From contig JACNFR010000055.1 in the NCBI GenBank assembly GCA_014384555.1, forward strand, positions 7,240 to 71,239: 64,000 nucleotides of DNA, read 5' to 3'. Origin of the DNA: Nitrosopumilus sp. GTDB lineage: Archaea > Thermoproteota > Nitrososphaeria > Nitrososphaerales > Nitrosopumilaceae. Each line of letters opens with the position of its first letter. Within the stretch, counting starts at the first letter, position 1. This document shows, in pieces, positions 43,789 to 53,909 of the stretch. Below the pieces are notes generated by a model. It searched no databases. It saw only the letters and a list, made by a program, of their open reading frames with translations, and had not been told where the DNA came from. Made by a program: the position numbers and the translations under genes.

Positions 43789-46700
43789 GTGATAAAATAT
43801 GGTCTTAAGCTTGTGTTGAACACAAAACATTTGAGCCTATTTGCAATTTTTTCAATTATATTATTAATTCCACTTATTGAAGCTGATGCATCAAGTAATC
43901 CCAACTTGTTTGTATCTGCTGAAAATTCACAATTTAACAATCATTTTTCAGGTTCTATGGTCATCGAAGTGGTGATAATTGATCCGAATCTCAGTGATAC
44001 GGGTGAGGGCAAGGGCGAACCTGATGTCACTATTAATGGAAAGTCATTACGAATGGTTCAGGCGACTGACGGCAGTTGGTATGCCTATTTTGCCAATGTT
44101 GAGAAAGCCAAAGAAGCCGATTCTACTGTCGCTAAAAACGGTGAAGGTTTGGATTTTGGAGTTTTTTGCAGCAGGGATACATCCTCTGGAATAATTGGAG
44201 TCTCTCTTTCTGAAACTGATGGATTTGCAGTACCACGTTCTGCTTCTGGTTCCACTGATGGTAATTCTTCATTTGCTTTATGCACTGGTTCTCCGTCTGG
44301 TACAAATTGGAACAATGTTGTTAGAAATGCAAAATCAATTAATACAAATTCTAATGTTCCTGCTGGTCAAATAGGATTAGATTCTAATGCATGGCCATTA
44401 ATTCAACTTTATTCTTTTGACGATGTTGTAATCCAATACAATCCTGGCGGTCCATCACAACAGGTTTTACTAGAGTATGATGAGATTCCAAATATTTCTA
44501 TGGGTATTGATAGAGATCTTTATCCTGAAAATGCTGAAGTTTTTTTGTCTGTAAATGATTTTCAATTAAACCAAGATCCAACTGATGAGGATTCTTGGAC
44601 TTTTGATGTGGGATCTACTCCCTCTGTTTTTTATCAAGCATTTGATGAATCTGGTTCTAATTCTGCAAATGGTACTTCTGGCTTGGTTGATTTAATTCCA
44701 TATCTTTCAAATATTGGATTTGAAGATAATGGACAAATTTTGATAAACAAAAACTCTGTTATTGAGTTACAATCAAATGGAGAGCAGCCTAGCACTTTTG
44801 TTTCTGATGGGACTGTATCTTATTCAGAAATTATCACATTAGTTGAGAATGGTCCGAATTCCGGTATCTTTGATAATGGGGATGATAATGATCAATCCAC
44901 TTTGGGAATTTTAAATGATGCTCCAAGAGGTCAAGCAGGTACTATTACATATGATAAAAAATCAATTTCCATTTTGACTGGGTCTTCTTCAGCTAGCGTG
45001 TCTTTGGATGAACCTACTTTGACAATCGGTTATGTCTCTCAATCATTAAAACCTGGAACAAAATACCCTGTGGTTCTTGTTGATTCTGATCAAAACATTA
45101 ATTCTGGTTCGCGAGATCATCTAGATGTTTTTCGTTCATCTGCATTGATCCCTTCAATTACTATTGGAAATCCTCTTACATTGGAAAATGCTAAAAGTGC
45201 TCAACTTCATTCATCATCTCCTCCTCTTACCGCAGGTATTTCTGTTACTTCATCTGTGCCTGATTCCAACTCTGATCGGTTGATAATTGATACTACTGGA
45301 ACTGGCTCATACGAGGTATTTTCAGTAAACTTGGGAATTTCTGCCTCACTTCTATCGTCACTTTTACTTGATTCTGCTGAATCTAATACAAATGGCACAA
45401 ATTGGATTAATTATGATTTGAGATCCTTTGAAAGAGATTTGGGAGTTTCTGACTTTAGTGACGCCTCTTTTTCTCTTTCTTTTGGAACTCTTGGAGCCTC
45501 TTCTATAACCATAATTGATGCAGGTGATATTTCATCCTCGCAAGGATTCATACAAATTGATGATTCTGATGTAACTGCGATAGCATCTAAAAATGGCAAT
45601 GTATTTCTTGTAATTGATTTTGATTCTTCTAATGATAACTCAGGTGTAATTACTGTTTCTAATGAAGTGGATGACCAGCCAATTGTTTTTGATTTCTTTT
45701 CTTTTGGATTAGAAAATGATCAAAGTATTAACAATTCAATTTATCGTTTTGAATTGGAAGAAACTCAGGATAATTCTTCAACTTTTGAAGGCACTTTTGA
45801 ATATGCAGTTACAAATCAACTAAACATACTAGATCCAAATTTCATACAAACCATACAAACCATTGATGACGAAATAAAAATCATCATAACTGATAGATTA
45901 ATTGATGAAGAAGGAATTACAATATCTTATTCAGATTTAGATGAAGTAGGTGTATCCACTACGACATCTACACAGTCTGACGTTGCTACAAATTCTGGAA
46001 GTGTTTCAACTACTTCCACAACTTTTAGATTTGGTCAACCTGTTACTCTGACTTTGAAAGACTCTGATCTTAATTTAAAAAGTGACACAATAGAAAGTTA
46101 TCAAACAATCAATGATCCAAATTCCCCCAATGTAGATACTGTGGGAAAGAATGGAGAGATTTTATTAGAAATTAAACTTAAAGATATTCGTTACAAGCGT
46201 TGTACAATTGATGGTGTTGAGCACGGTGGTTTAGGTGCTACTGGATTCTCTCTAGTTGAAACTGGACCGAGTACAGGAATTTTTCAAGGAGTGTTTAAAA
46301 TGCCCTCACAAATTTGTGACAAATCTGGAACTAAATTGATTTCTACAGCAGGCGGGAGTCTTGATGCAAAATATTATGATTCTAGAGATGCTTATGGGAA
46401 TCCAAACACTTTCAGTTTATTGAGGGATTCCACTTCATCATCGTACAGTCCACCAAAACTTAGCGCATATGATATCGTAAAACCTGCTTCAGGAAAAGTT
46501 CAAGAAATTATTCTTTCTGGAAGTATTGATAATCATAAAAGAGGAATTCCATTAACTGTGATCATTTTTACTCCTGATGGACAAACTCAAAACTTTGCTT
46601 CAACTCTATCTAGTAATGGAGGTTACAAATCTGTGATTTCAATTAATGAACATTCTTTGTCAGGTATTTACAAAATTCAACTATCTCACAATAATTCCTT

Positions 46701-46989
46701 TGTAGAAGAAATTTCATTCAAAGTTTCTCTTCCACATATTCCTGATTGGATTAAAAATAATGCACGATCATGGTCTTCTAATGATATCTCTGATTCAGAA
46801 TTTATTGATGGCATTGAATATTTTATTGAAAAAGGATTCTTCACCAAACCAGAATTGTCCATTTCTGAACAAAAAATACCTGATTGGATCAAAAACAATG
46901 CAAAATGGTGGATAAATGGTCAAATTTCTGATGAAGACTATATTGAATCAATTGAATACTTGGTCAAAAAAGGTATCATTAGAATATAA
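43789..46989 (+). CDS. large secreted/cell-surface protein (1066 aa) with twin C-terminal PDWIKNNA...ISD.E.I..IEY...KG modules
   Basis: GTG start, signal-like LSLFAIFSIILLIPLIEADA, long Ser/Thr/Asp/Asn-rich beta-type sequence and only a few Cys. The last ~85 aa contain two copies of a ~35-aa motif. Confidence 0.8.
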   Translation: MIKYGLKLVLNTKHLSLFAIFSIILLIPLIEADASSNPNLFVSAENSQFNNHFSGSMVIEVVIIDPNLSDTGEGKGEPDVTINGKSLRMVQATDGSWYAYFANVEKAKEADSTVAKNGEGLDFGVFCSRDTSSGIIGVSLSETDGFAVPRSASGSTDGNSSFALCTGSPSGTNWNNVVRNAKSINTNSNVPAGQIGLDSNAWPLIQLYSFDDVVIQYNPGGPSQQVLLEYDEIPNISMGIDRDLYPENAEVFLSVNDFQLNQDPTDEDSWTFDVGSTPSVFYQAFDESGSNSANGTSGLVDLIPYLSNIGFEDNGQILINKNSVIELQSNGEQPSTFVSDGTVSYSEIITLVENGPNSGIFDNGDDNDQSTLGILNDAPRGQAGTITYDKKSISILTGSSSASVSLDEPTLTIGYVSQSLKPGTKYPVVLVDSDQNINSGSRDHLDVFRSSALIPSITIGNPLTLENAKSAQLHSSSPPLTAGISVTSSVPDSNSDRLIIDTTGTGSYEVFSVNLGISASLLSSLLLDSAESNTNGTNWINYDLRSFERDLGVSDFSDASFSLSFGTLGASSITIIDAGDISSSQGFIQIDDSDVTAIASKNGNVFLVIDFDSSNDNSGVITVSNEVDDQPIVFDFFSFGLENDQSINNSIYRFELEETQDNSSTFEGTFEYAVTNQLNILDPNFIQTIQTIDDEIKIIITDRLIDEEGITISYSDLDEVGVSTTTSTQSDVATNSGSVSTTSTTFRFGQPVTLTLKDSDLNLKSDTIESYQTINDPNSPNVDTVGKNGEILLEIKLKDIRYKRCTIDGVEHGGLGATGFSLVETGPSTGIFQGVFKMPSQICDKSGTKLISTAGGSLDAKYYDSRDAYGNPNTFSLLRDSTSSSYSPPKLSAYDIVKPASGKVQEIILSGSIDNHKRGIPLTVIIFTPDGQTQNFASTLSSNGGYKSVISINEHSLSGIYKIQLSHNNSFVEEISFKVSLPHIPDWIKNNARSWSSNDISDSEFIDGIEYFIEKGFFTKPELSISEQKIPDWIKNNAKWWINGQISDEDYIESIEYLVKKGIIRI

Positions 46990-47049
46990 TCTGGTCAATT
47001 TTTGTTTCATTCAAAATATAAATACCTCAAATCATGAATCAAATTGAAA

Positions 47050-48066
47050 ATGAGGCTAACTGCATTCTTAGCATTTGCTCTATTATCAATTTCAATTTTA
47101 TCTTATGGTGTCAGTGGTGCTGCTTTTGCAACCAGTGATCCTAACCCTGCATTACCTGTATCTACTGATTTAGATATTGTCTCAAATGGTTCAACTGTAA
47201 AAATATCTGGCACTGTTAAAGACTATGATTCTTCAGATGGAAAAGGGCTAACTTTTATTGTAAAATCTCCTGATAATAACATTGTAAGAATTGGACAATT
47301 AACTCCAAATTCTGATGGTACTTTTTCAAAAAGTATTGTTGTAGGTGGTCCTCTTTGGAAATTAAGTGGTGATTATCTTGTTGAATTTAATTATGGAGCT
47401 GATTCTTCTGAGGTTTCTGTAAATTATGTTGGTGGAGAACAAGTCATCTCTGGTCAACCAGAACCAGAACCAACTGTACCAGAACCAGAACCAACTGTAC
47501 CAGAACCAGAACCAACTGTACCAGAACCAGAACCAACTGTACCAGAACCAGAACCAACTGTACCAGAACCAGAACCAACTGTACCAGAACCAGAACCAAC
47601 TGTACCAGAACCAACATGTGGTGCAGGTACTAAATTAGTAGATGGAATTTGTCAAGTAGTAAAAACTGAAGAACCAAAAGATGGTGGTGGTTGTTTAATT
47701 GCAACAGCAGCATATGGCTCTGAATTAGCTCCGCAAGTTCAATTCCTTAGAGAAATTAGGGATAACACTGTAATGAGCACTTCATCTGGAGCAGCATTCA
47801 TGTCTGGATTTAACCAACTATACTATTCATTTTCACCAACAATTGCTGATATGGAACGAGAAAATCCAATGTTCCAAGAAGCAGTTAGAGTATTCATCAC
47901 TCCAATGGTTTCAACATTATCTATAATGACATTAGCTGATAATGGTTCAGAAGTTGAAGTTTTAGGACTTGGAATTTCTGTAATTGCATTAAACTTGGGA
48001 ATGTATATTGCAGCACCTGCATTAATTGGATTCAAAGTTAATAGAATTATCAAATCTAGAAAATAA
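47050..48066 (+). CDS. secreted protein: beta-sandwich module + (PEPEPTV)7 linker + C-(L)IATAAYGS C-terminal membrane module
   Basis: Signal peptide MRLTAFLAFALLSISILSYGVSGAAFA. The module ...GQLTPNSDGTFSKSIVVGGPLWKLSGDYLVEFNYG is shared with the PEFG proteins. The C-terminus reads GGGCLIATAAYGSELAPQVQFLREIRDN... with terminal hydrophobic helices and KSRK. Confidence 0.8.
   Translation: MRLTAFLAFALLSISILSYGVSGAAFATSDPNPALPVSTDLDIVSNGSTVKISGTVKDYDSSDGKGLTFIVKSPDNNIVRIGQLTPNSDGTFSKSIVVGGPLWKLSGDYLVEFNYGADSSEVSVNYVGGEQVISGQPEPEPTVPEPEPTVPEPEPTVPEPEPTVPEPEPTVPEPEPTVPEPEPTVPEPTCGAGTKLVDGICQVVKTEEPKDGGGCLIATAAYGSELAPQVQFLREIRDNTVMSTSSGAAFMSGFNQLYYSFSPTIADMERENPMFQEAVRVFITPMVSTLSIMTLADNGSEVEVLGLGISVIALNLGMYIAAPALIGFKVNRIIKSRK
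47458..47613. repeat. perfect 21-bp tandem repeat, 7 full copies plus a partial one, in-frame (PEPEPTV)n
   Basis: CCAGAACCAGAACCAACTGTA is repeated without a single mismatch from 47458 to 47604, followed by CCAGAACCAACA. Confidence 0.97.
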
Positions 48067-48113
48067 TCTAATTTCACTCTAGGTTATTATACTGAAACAC
48101 ATTGTGGTAATTC

Positions 48114-48437
48114 ATGCATATTGAATATGAAGAATTTGAATCAATTGAGGATCTTCTAATGTATATGGCATCTGCTGCTCCACCAATGAAAAATACAATG
48201 CCGATTAATTCTTACAAAGATTATGTAATGTCTTTTATTCCACTCAGTCCTGCAACTGGAGAAACATATCTCATGCTTTATGCAAAGGGTTCACTTGAAC
48301 CGGGAATTTATGAATTTGATGTTGCATCAAAATCTTTTAAAAAAGTTGAAGCTGTTGAAAGGGCAGACAAAATTTACTTTATTTCTATAACTCCAAAACG
48401 AAATACTATAGCAGATATTGCTATTGAAAATCTATAA
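48114..48437 (+). CDS. hypothetical protein (107 aa)
   Basis: ATG start and balanced composition. No family recognised. 6-nt convergent overlap with the radical SAM gene. Confidence 0.45.
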   Translation: MHIEYEEFESIEDLLMYMASAAPPMKNTMPINSYKDYVMSFIPLSPATGETYLMLYAKGSLEPGIYEFDVASKSFKKVEAVERADKIYFISITPKRNTIADIAIENL

Positions 48438-50012
48438 TTTTTTAGTTTGAATTTTTGGTGCAGTTACTGATCTGCTTCTAGCATATTTGTCAATAATTTC
48501 ATCTGGAGTTCTTCCGTTGAATAGATCTTTACAGAGTCCTCTGAGATATCTCATAATTGCCCAGGTTCCAGCTTTTAGAATTCCATACATGAATACTTTC
48601 ATTGGAGGACCGTATGTCTTGTTTCTAAGAATAATTGGAATAATGTCATTAATTACACGTAAGTTATTTTCCCAACATTTCCAAAATAATGTAAATTGTG
48701 CTTCATTCAAGTTTCCAAAGTGCATTGAATTCTTTTCACTAAAGTCTTGGTAAAGTAACGGTGCTACTAATCCTCTAAAATCCATTTCTCTAAAGTCACT
48801 CATCATATCAATAGTAAATTGAACATCATCTGGTGTTTCATCAGGCCAGCCAATAATGATTGTTGCAGCTGGGAACCAGTGATTTTCATTTAGAATTTTT
48901 GCACCTTCTCTTACAACACTGCCCCATTCTTCAGGTGCAAATGGTTTTGTTTTAACTCCCAAGTGTTTTTTTACCATGCTTGGTGAAACAGTTTCAATTC
49001 CTAGATTAGTTGCAAGCCATCTTCCAGTTTTATCTTGTTCATTAACCTGTGAAATCTGTTGCATCAATAATGGATCTGCTGCAACTGCAGAAAATGTCAT
49101 ATGTGTTGTACCGATAAAGTTTGCACCAAGTCCTTTGAGTCCTTTCCACAAATCAACTATGGCATCTCTGTTTGGAACAAAGTCTCTATTATCACATCCA
49201 TAAAGTAACATTTCATCTGAATGCAACCAAACCGAATCAAATCCATAATCTAAGTTGGTTTTTGCTTCATGTTGTAATCTATCTAGTGGAAGATCTTTCT
49301 TTGATCTTTTGTTTACATCACAAAAGTCACATCCTCTTCCACAACCTCGCATTGCTTCAATCAATGAATTGATAGTAGGACCTTCAATAACTGGAATATT
49401 TTCAAGATTTCTTACAAAACAATGCATAAGTTCGGGTGCATCATTTTTTTCTAAATCTTGGAACAAATCTACAGCTAACTCGTCGGCTTCACCAACAACA
49501 ACTGTATCAATTCCATGTATTTTCATTCTATCTGATTTAGCTAATTCCCATGCACCATTTCCACCTACTACGACTTTGAAATCATATTTCTTTTTGAGTT
49601 GAATAATGCTGGCACACATTTTTTTAAATTTCATTGCAACATAGGATAATTTTTCTGGAGACATTGTTGTTGTAACTGGGGCCATTCCTAATGGATCCAT
49701 TACATTAATTCCTACAACTTTGGTATCTGGACCAATTGATTTTTGCAGCATTTCTGGGTGTGCCATGAACACATCTTCTCTTTTATATCCTCCTTGAATC
49801 AATGAACTTTCGATTCTTCTTAATCCCACTTGAGCAACTTTTACTTCTCCCGTAATTGGATCAGTTTCTACTGATGGACAGAACACTTTGTCAAAAACCC
49901 ACTCTGGTAACACTTCATACGGTCCACATGCGATAAATCCATAAAGAAAATTTCCTCTATAATTTGTCATTAAACTACGATCAGCAGTTAGTACAACACG
50001 TTTGCCAGCCAA
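48432..50012 (-). CDS. radical SAM enzyme with N-terminal B12-binding-like (Rossmann) domain
   Basis: 526 aa. CGRGCDFC (CxxxCxxC) cluster motif preceded by a flavodoxin/B12-like domain (KVVGINV..., KVVVGGNGA...). Apparent TTG start. Confidence 0.8.
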   Translation of the reverse strand: MAGKRVVLTADRSLMTNYRGNFLYGFIACGPYEVLPEWVFDKVFCPSVETDPITGEVKVAQVGLRRIESSLIQGGYKREDVFMAHPEMLQKSIGPDTKVVGINVMDPLGMAPVTTTMSPEKLSYVAMKFKKMCASIIQLKKKYDFKVVVGGNGAWELAKSDRMKIHGIDTVVVGEADELAVDLFQDLEKNDAPELMHCFVRNLENIPVIEGPTINSLIEAMRGCGRGCDFCDVNKRSKKDLPLDRLQHEAKTNLDYGFDSVWLHSDEMLLYGCDNRDFVPNRDAIVDLWKGLKGLGANFIGTTHMTFSAVAADPLLMQQISQVNEQDKTGRWLATNLGIETVSPSMVKKHLGVKTKPFAPEEWGSVVREGAKILNENHWFPAATIIIGWPDETPDDVQFTIDMMSDFREMDFRGLVAPLLYQDFSEKNSMHFGNLNEAQFTLFWKCWENNLRVINDIIPIILRNKTYGPPMKVFMYGILKAGTWAIMRYLRGLCKDLFNGRTPDEIIDKYARSRSVTAPKIQTKKL

Positions 50013-50072
50013 TTACCCAACTTCGTTAACATATTCTATATATCATTTACGAGGTAGATTAGTCCTGAAATT

Positions 50073-50852
50073 CTACTGTTTATTTTTTTTAATTACTCTA
50101 TTTGCAATGTTTGCAGCTATCCCTCCAGCTGCAATACCGTTGTCAATATTTACTACCGATAATCCTAAAGAACAACTTTGAAGCATTGACGCAAGAGCTG
50201 CAATTCCCTTTTCTCCGTATCCGTATCCAACAGAAGTTGGGATTCCTATGATTGGAATATCTACTAAGGTTGAAACTAGGGTAGCTAAAGCTCCCTCCAT
50301 TCCTGCAGCAACTATGATACAATCCACATCTTCATTGATCATTTTTTTTAAAATTGGGAATACTCTCTGAATTCCTGCAACTCCAACATCATAACTTGTA
50401 ATACATTTACAATTCATTGCCTCACACATCAGTCTGGATTCTTCAGCTACTCCTATGTCTGAAGTACCTGCAGTCATAATTCCAACTTTTCCTCCATGAA
50501 ATTTAATTGGCTTTTTAAAGAATAACAATGATGATGAATTTTTTCCAATTTTTATTTTCACTTTTAGTTTCTTTCCAAATGCTAAAATTTTTGGATAATC
50601 TTCTTTCTTAATTCTAGATACAATCACCGAATTTGTTTTTTCTAGAGTTTTTTTAGTAATTTTTTTAATTTCTTCTAGTTCTTTTGTTTCTGCAAAAATT
50701 ACTTCTGGAATACCTCTTCTCTTTCTTCTATTAATGTCAATTTTTGCAAATCCTTCTACTTCTTCAATTGAATAAAGTGATAATAGCTTTTTTGCATTAT
50801 TTATTGAAATTTTCCCTTCTTTAAATGACTCTAGAATTTCTTGAATTTCCAA
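50073..50852 (-). CDS. larB: nickel-pincer cofactor biosynthesis protein LarB (PurE-like carboxylase/hydrolase)
   Basis: 259 aa. An N-terminal ~110-aa domain is followed by a PurE-like domain (VGIMTAGTSDIGVAEES..., IIVAAGMEGALATLV). Apparent TTG start. Confidence 0.8.
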   Translation of the reverse strand: MEIQEILESFKEGKISINNAKKLLSLYSIEEVEGFAKIDINRRKRRGIPEVIFAETKELEEIKKITKKTLEKTNSVIVSRIKKEDYPKILAFGKKLKVKIKIGKNSSSLLFFKKPIKFHGGKVGIMTAGTSDIGVAEESRLMCEAMNCKCITSYDVGVAGIQRVFPILKKMINEDVDCIIVAAGMEGALATLVSTLVDIPIIGIPTSVGYGYGEKGIAALASMLQSCSLGLSVVNIDNGIAAGGIAANIANRVIKKNKQ

Positions 50853-50885
50853 TGATGGGTTTTCTTTGTTAGTATAAAAAAAGGC

Positions 50886-51800
50886 TTAGATCTCAATAGT
50901 TGAGATGGCACTTTTTACACTTTCAACTGCTTTATCAAATACTTGTCTTTCTTCATCATTTAGATCCAACTCTATAATTTTCTCTACTCCTTTTTTACCA
51001 ATAATAGCTGGAACTCCTATTGTTACATCTGAATGACCGTATTCTCCATCAAGATATGTTGCAACTGGAATGACTTGTTTTCTATCTCTTACCACAGATT
51101 CTAAAATTGCAGAAATTGCATTTCCTGGGGCATGAACTGTAGCGCCTTTTAATTCAATCACTTTGGCAGCTACTTGTTTTGTGTTGATAATTAACTCATC
51201 TAGTTTTTCTTTTGGAAGAAAAGATGATAATGGAATTCCTGATACTGAAGAAAATCTTGGCAATGGTAGCATGTTTTCTCCATGTTCGCCGATTACAAGT
51301 GCTCTGATGGAATCACGAGAATGACCAGTTGCTTCATGAATAAATTGTCTAAATCTTGATAAATCTAGCATTCCTCCCATTCCGAACACTCTACTTCTAT
51401 CAAATCCTGATACTTTGTAAGTAATGTAAGCCATTGGATCAAGTGGGTTTGTAACTGGAATTATCATCGAATCCTCTGCATATTTTTTTACATTTTCAAC
51501 TACGCTTTTCACAATTGATGCATTAATTTTCAAAAGATCCATTCTTGTCATTCCTGGTTTTCTTCCAGAACCAGCTACTACTACAACTGCTTTTGAGCCC
51601 TTCATATCTGCAAAATCGTTTGAACCTTTTACTTCGACATCAATTCCTTGCTCTGATAACATATGATTGATATCCATTGCTTCTCCTTGAGGAAGCCCTT
51701 TAGCCACATCTAGTAATAATATTTGATCATCTAATCGCTTTAATGCTGAAAATAATGCTGCATCTCCACCTACTTTACCTGAACCGATTATTGTAATCAT
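50886..51800 (-). CDS. mdh: malate dehydrogenase (LDH-like type)
   Basis: 304 aa with [12 protein letters not shown] and [14 protein letters not shown]. Arg is at the substrate-discriminating position, which is Gln in lactate dehydrogenases. Also IGEHGE. Confidence 0.9.
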   Translation of the reverse strand: MITIIGSGKVGGDAALFSALKRLDDQILLLDVAKGLPQGEAMDINHMLSEQGIDVEVKGSNDFADMKGSKAVVVVAGSGRKPGMTRMDLLKINASIVKSVVENVKKYAEDSMIIPVTNPLDPMAYITYKVSGFDRSRVFGMGGMLDLSRFRQFIHEATGHSRDSIRALVIGEHGENMLPLPRFSSVSGIPLSSFLPKEKLDELIINTKQVAAKVIELKGATVHAPGNAISAILESVVRDRKQVIPVATYLDGEYGHSDVTIGVPAIIGKKGVEKIIELDLNDEERQVFDKAVESVKSAISTIEI

Positions 51801-51889
51801 GAAAATCGGTGTAAATTTTGAATAATTAAATCTAATGAAATTCCTGAAATATTAGTCGAATTTATAAGCATTTTTGATAATTTTTAATC

Positions 51890-53125
51890 ATGGTTATTGT
51901 AATTGATCCACAAATTGCTGGCATATCTGGCGATATGCTTCTCTGTTCATTGGTCGATTTAGGAGCTGATAAAAATAAAATAATTACTGGAATCAAAGAA
52001 TCCGAAAAATTTCTTTCAAACTCAATTATAAAAAAAATTGATTTTGAAAAAATCCAAAAACATGGAATTGAATCTTTACAACTGATTTTAGAAATTAATG
52101 AAGATGTTCATGAGCGAAAGGGTTCAGAAATTAAAAAAGCAATTATTGATTCTTCAAAACAAATTCATCTTTCTGAAAAAGCAAATTTATTTGCTGAATC
52201 TTGTATAGATACTTTGATCTCATCAGAATCTAAAATTCATGGGATTCCTGAAGAATCAGTTCATTTTCACGAGGCATCAAGTATTGACACTCTTGTGGAT
52301 ATCATTGGAATTACAATTGCATTGGATGATTTAGGATTATTTGATGAAAAAATAGTTTGTTTACCTGTTGCAGTAGGTGGGGGGTCTGTAACTTTTTCAC
52401 ATGGAACCATGTCTAACCCTGCCAGTGCAATTCTGGAGATTTTTAAAAATTCTAACTTGACGATTAAAGGAAATGATGCAAATGAAGAACTTACAACACC
52501 TACTGGAGCCTGTATTTTAGTAAATTTGGCACATGAATCTGTAAAATATTATCCTCCAATGAAAGTAGAATCTATCGGATATGGCGCAGGGCAAAAAGAC
52601 TTTGAATCTTTTTCTAATGTTTTAAAAATTATTAGAGGGTCTGAAAATAATTTTAAAATTGATTCTGTAAAAATACTTGAAACAAATGTGGATGATGTTT
52701 CAGGGGAAATTTTGGGAAATCTGATTGAGAAAATCATGGAAAAAGGAGCTCGAGATGTCTCTATTTATCACGGAATCACAAAGAAAGGAAGGCCAACAAA
52801 TCTTGTATCTGTAATTTGTACTGATGAAAATCTTGATGAAATAGTTGACACATTAGTATTAGAAACAGGAACCTTGGGAGTTAGAATTTCGGACTCTAAT
52901 AGATTTACAGTTCCTAGATCAAATCATAATATTTCATTATCTTTGAATGGTCATACTTTTGATGTAAATTACAAACAATCTTCGTTCAAAGGAAAAGTTG
53001 ATTTTAAAATTGAATTTGATGATCTAAAGAAAATTTCCAACATTATTGATAAATCGATTAAAGAAACAGAAGCATTACTAAGAAAAGAAATTGAAAAATC
53101 GGAGATAAACAATGACAACTCTTGA
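51890..53125 (+). CDS. larC: nickel insertion protein LarC (DUF111 family)
   Basis: 411 aa with an N-terminal DPQIAGISGDMLLCSLVDLGAD typical of LarC, HFHEASSIDTLVDIIG and a C-terminal domain. Confidence 0.85.
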   Translation: MVIVIDPQIAGISGDMLLCSLVDLGADKNKIITGIKESEKFLSNSIIKKIDFEKIQKHGIESLQLILEINEDVHERKGSEIKKAIIDSSKQIHLSEKANLFAESCIDTLISSESKIHGIPEESVHFHEASSIDTLVDIIGITIALDDLGLFDEKIVCLPVAVGGGSVTFSHGTMSNPASAILEIFKNSNLTIKGNDANEELTTPTGACILVNLAHESVKYYPPMKVESIGYGAGQKDFESFSNVLKIIRGSENNFKIDSVKILETNVDDVSGEILGNLIEKIMEKGARDVSIYHGITKKGRPTNLVSVICTDENLDEIVDTLVLETGTLGVRISDSNRFTVPRSNHNISLSLNGHTFDVNYKQSSFKGKVDFKIEFDDLKKISNIIDKSIKETEALLRKEIEKSEINNDNS

Positions 53126-53909
53126 AAATCTTGAAAATTGGTTTGAGGACAAAAATAAAGTGATGATTGCTCTTTCTGGAGGTGTTGACAGTGCACTTGT
53201 TGCATATGCCGCATTTCAAAAACTAGGAACTTCTGCAATTGCAGTTACTGCTGATTACAAAACTTTGTCTGAAGAAGAACTTGTTACTGCTAAACAGATT
53301 TGTTCCGAGATAGGAATTCAACAGATTCTTTTAGATTATAGTGAACTTGAAAATGAAGATTTTGTAAAAAATGACTCTAATCGTTGCTTTCATTGTAGAA
53401 TGGAATTGGGAGATCATTTGATTGAATTAGCAAAAAAACATGATGTAGATGTAATCGTTGATGGGACAAATCTTGATGATTTGGGTGATTTTAGGCCTGG
53501 AATTGAAGCATTAAAACAAAATGGAATAAGAAGTCCACTTGTGGAGACGAATTTTTCAAAATCAAAAATTAGGAAAACTGCCAAAATGGTGGGATTGTCT
53601 GTATATGACAAGCCCTCAAATTCATGTCTTGCATCAAGAATTCCTTGGGGACAAAGAGTAACTGCTGAAAGATTAATCCGAATTGAGTTTGGTGAAACTA
53701 TAGTTAAACAGATTACAAATGTAAAACAAGTCAGAGTTCGTGATATCAATGGTTCTGCAAGAATTGAAGTCGAGAAACAAATGATATCTAGATTTGATGA
53801 AATTATCTTAAAACAAATTACAGAGAAATTAAAGATGATTGGATTTAATTCTGTTGAAATCGATCAAGAGGGATATAAACCAGGAAAAATTAATGTGATT
53901 GCAGATTGA
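53112..53909 (+). CDS. larE: ATP-dependent sulfur transferase LarE (PP-loop ATP pyrophosphatase)
   Basis: 265 aa with PP-loop ALSGGVDSALVAYAA, and Cys92/Cys95 (CFHC) plus Cys172 (SCLASRI). 14-nt overlap with larC. Confidence 0.85.
   Translation: MTTLENLENWFEDKNKVMIALSGGVDSALVAYAAFQKLGTSAIAVTADYKTLSEEELVTAKQICSEIGIQQILLDYSELENEDFVKNDSNRCFHCRMELGDHLIELAKKHDVDVIVDGTNLDDLGDFRPGIEALKQNGIRSPLVETNFSKSKIRKTAKMVGLSVYDKPSNSCLASRIPWGQRVTAERLIRIEFGETIVKQITNVKQVRVRDINGSARIEVEKQMISRFDEIILKQITEKLKMIGFNSVEIDQEGYKPGKINVIAD

Noticed and set aside
43749-43940. 63-aa minus-strand ORF overlapping the start of the large secreted-protein gene
   Set aside because: It is antisense to a strongly supported 1066-aa gene and has no motif.
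47426-47638. 70-aa ORF with QNQNQLY repeats
   Set aside because: It is an alternative reading frame of the 21-bp (PEPEPTV) repeat inside the secreted-protein gene. The same applies to 38192..38386 (QQPQQL) inside the rps13 repeat.
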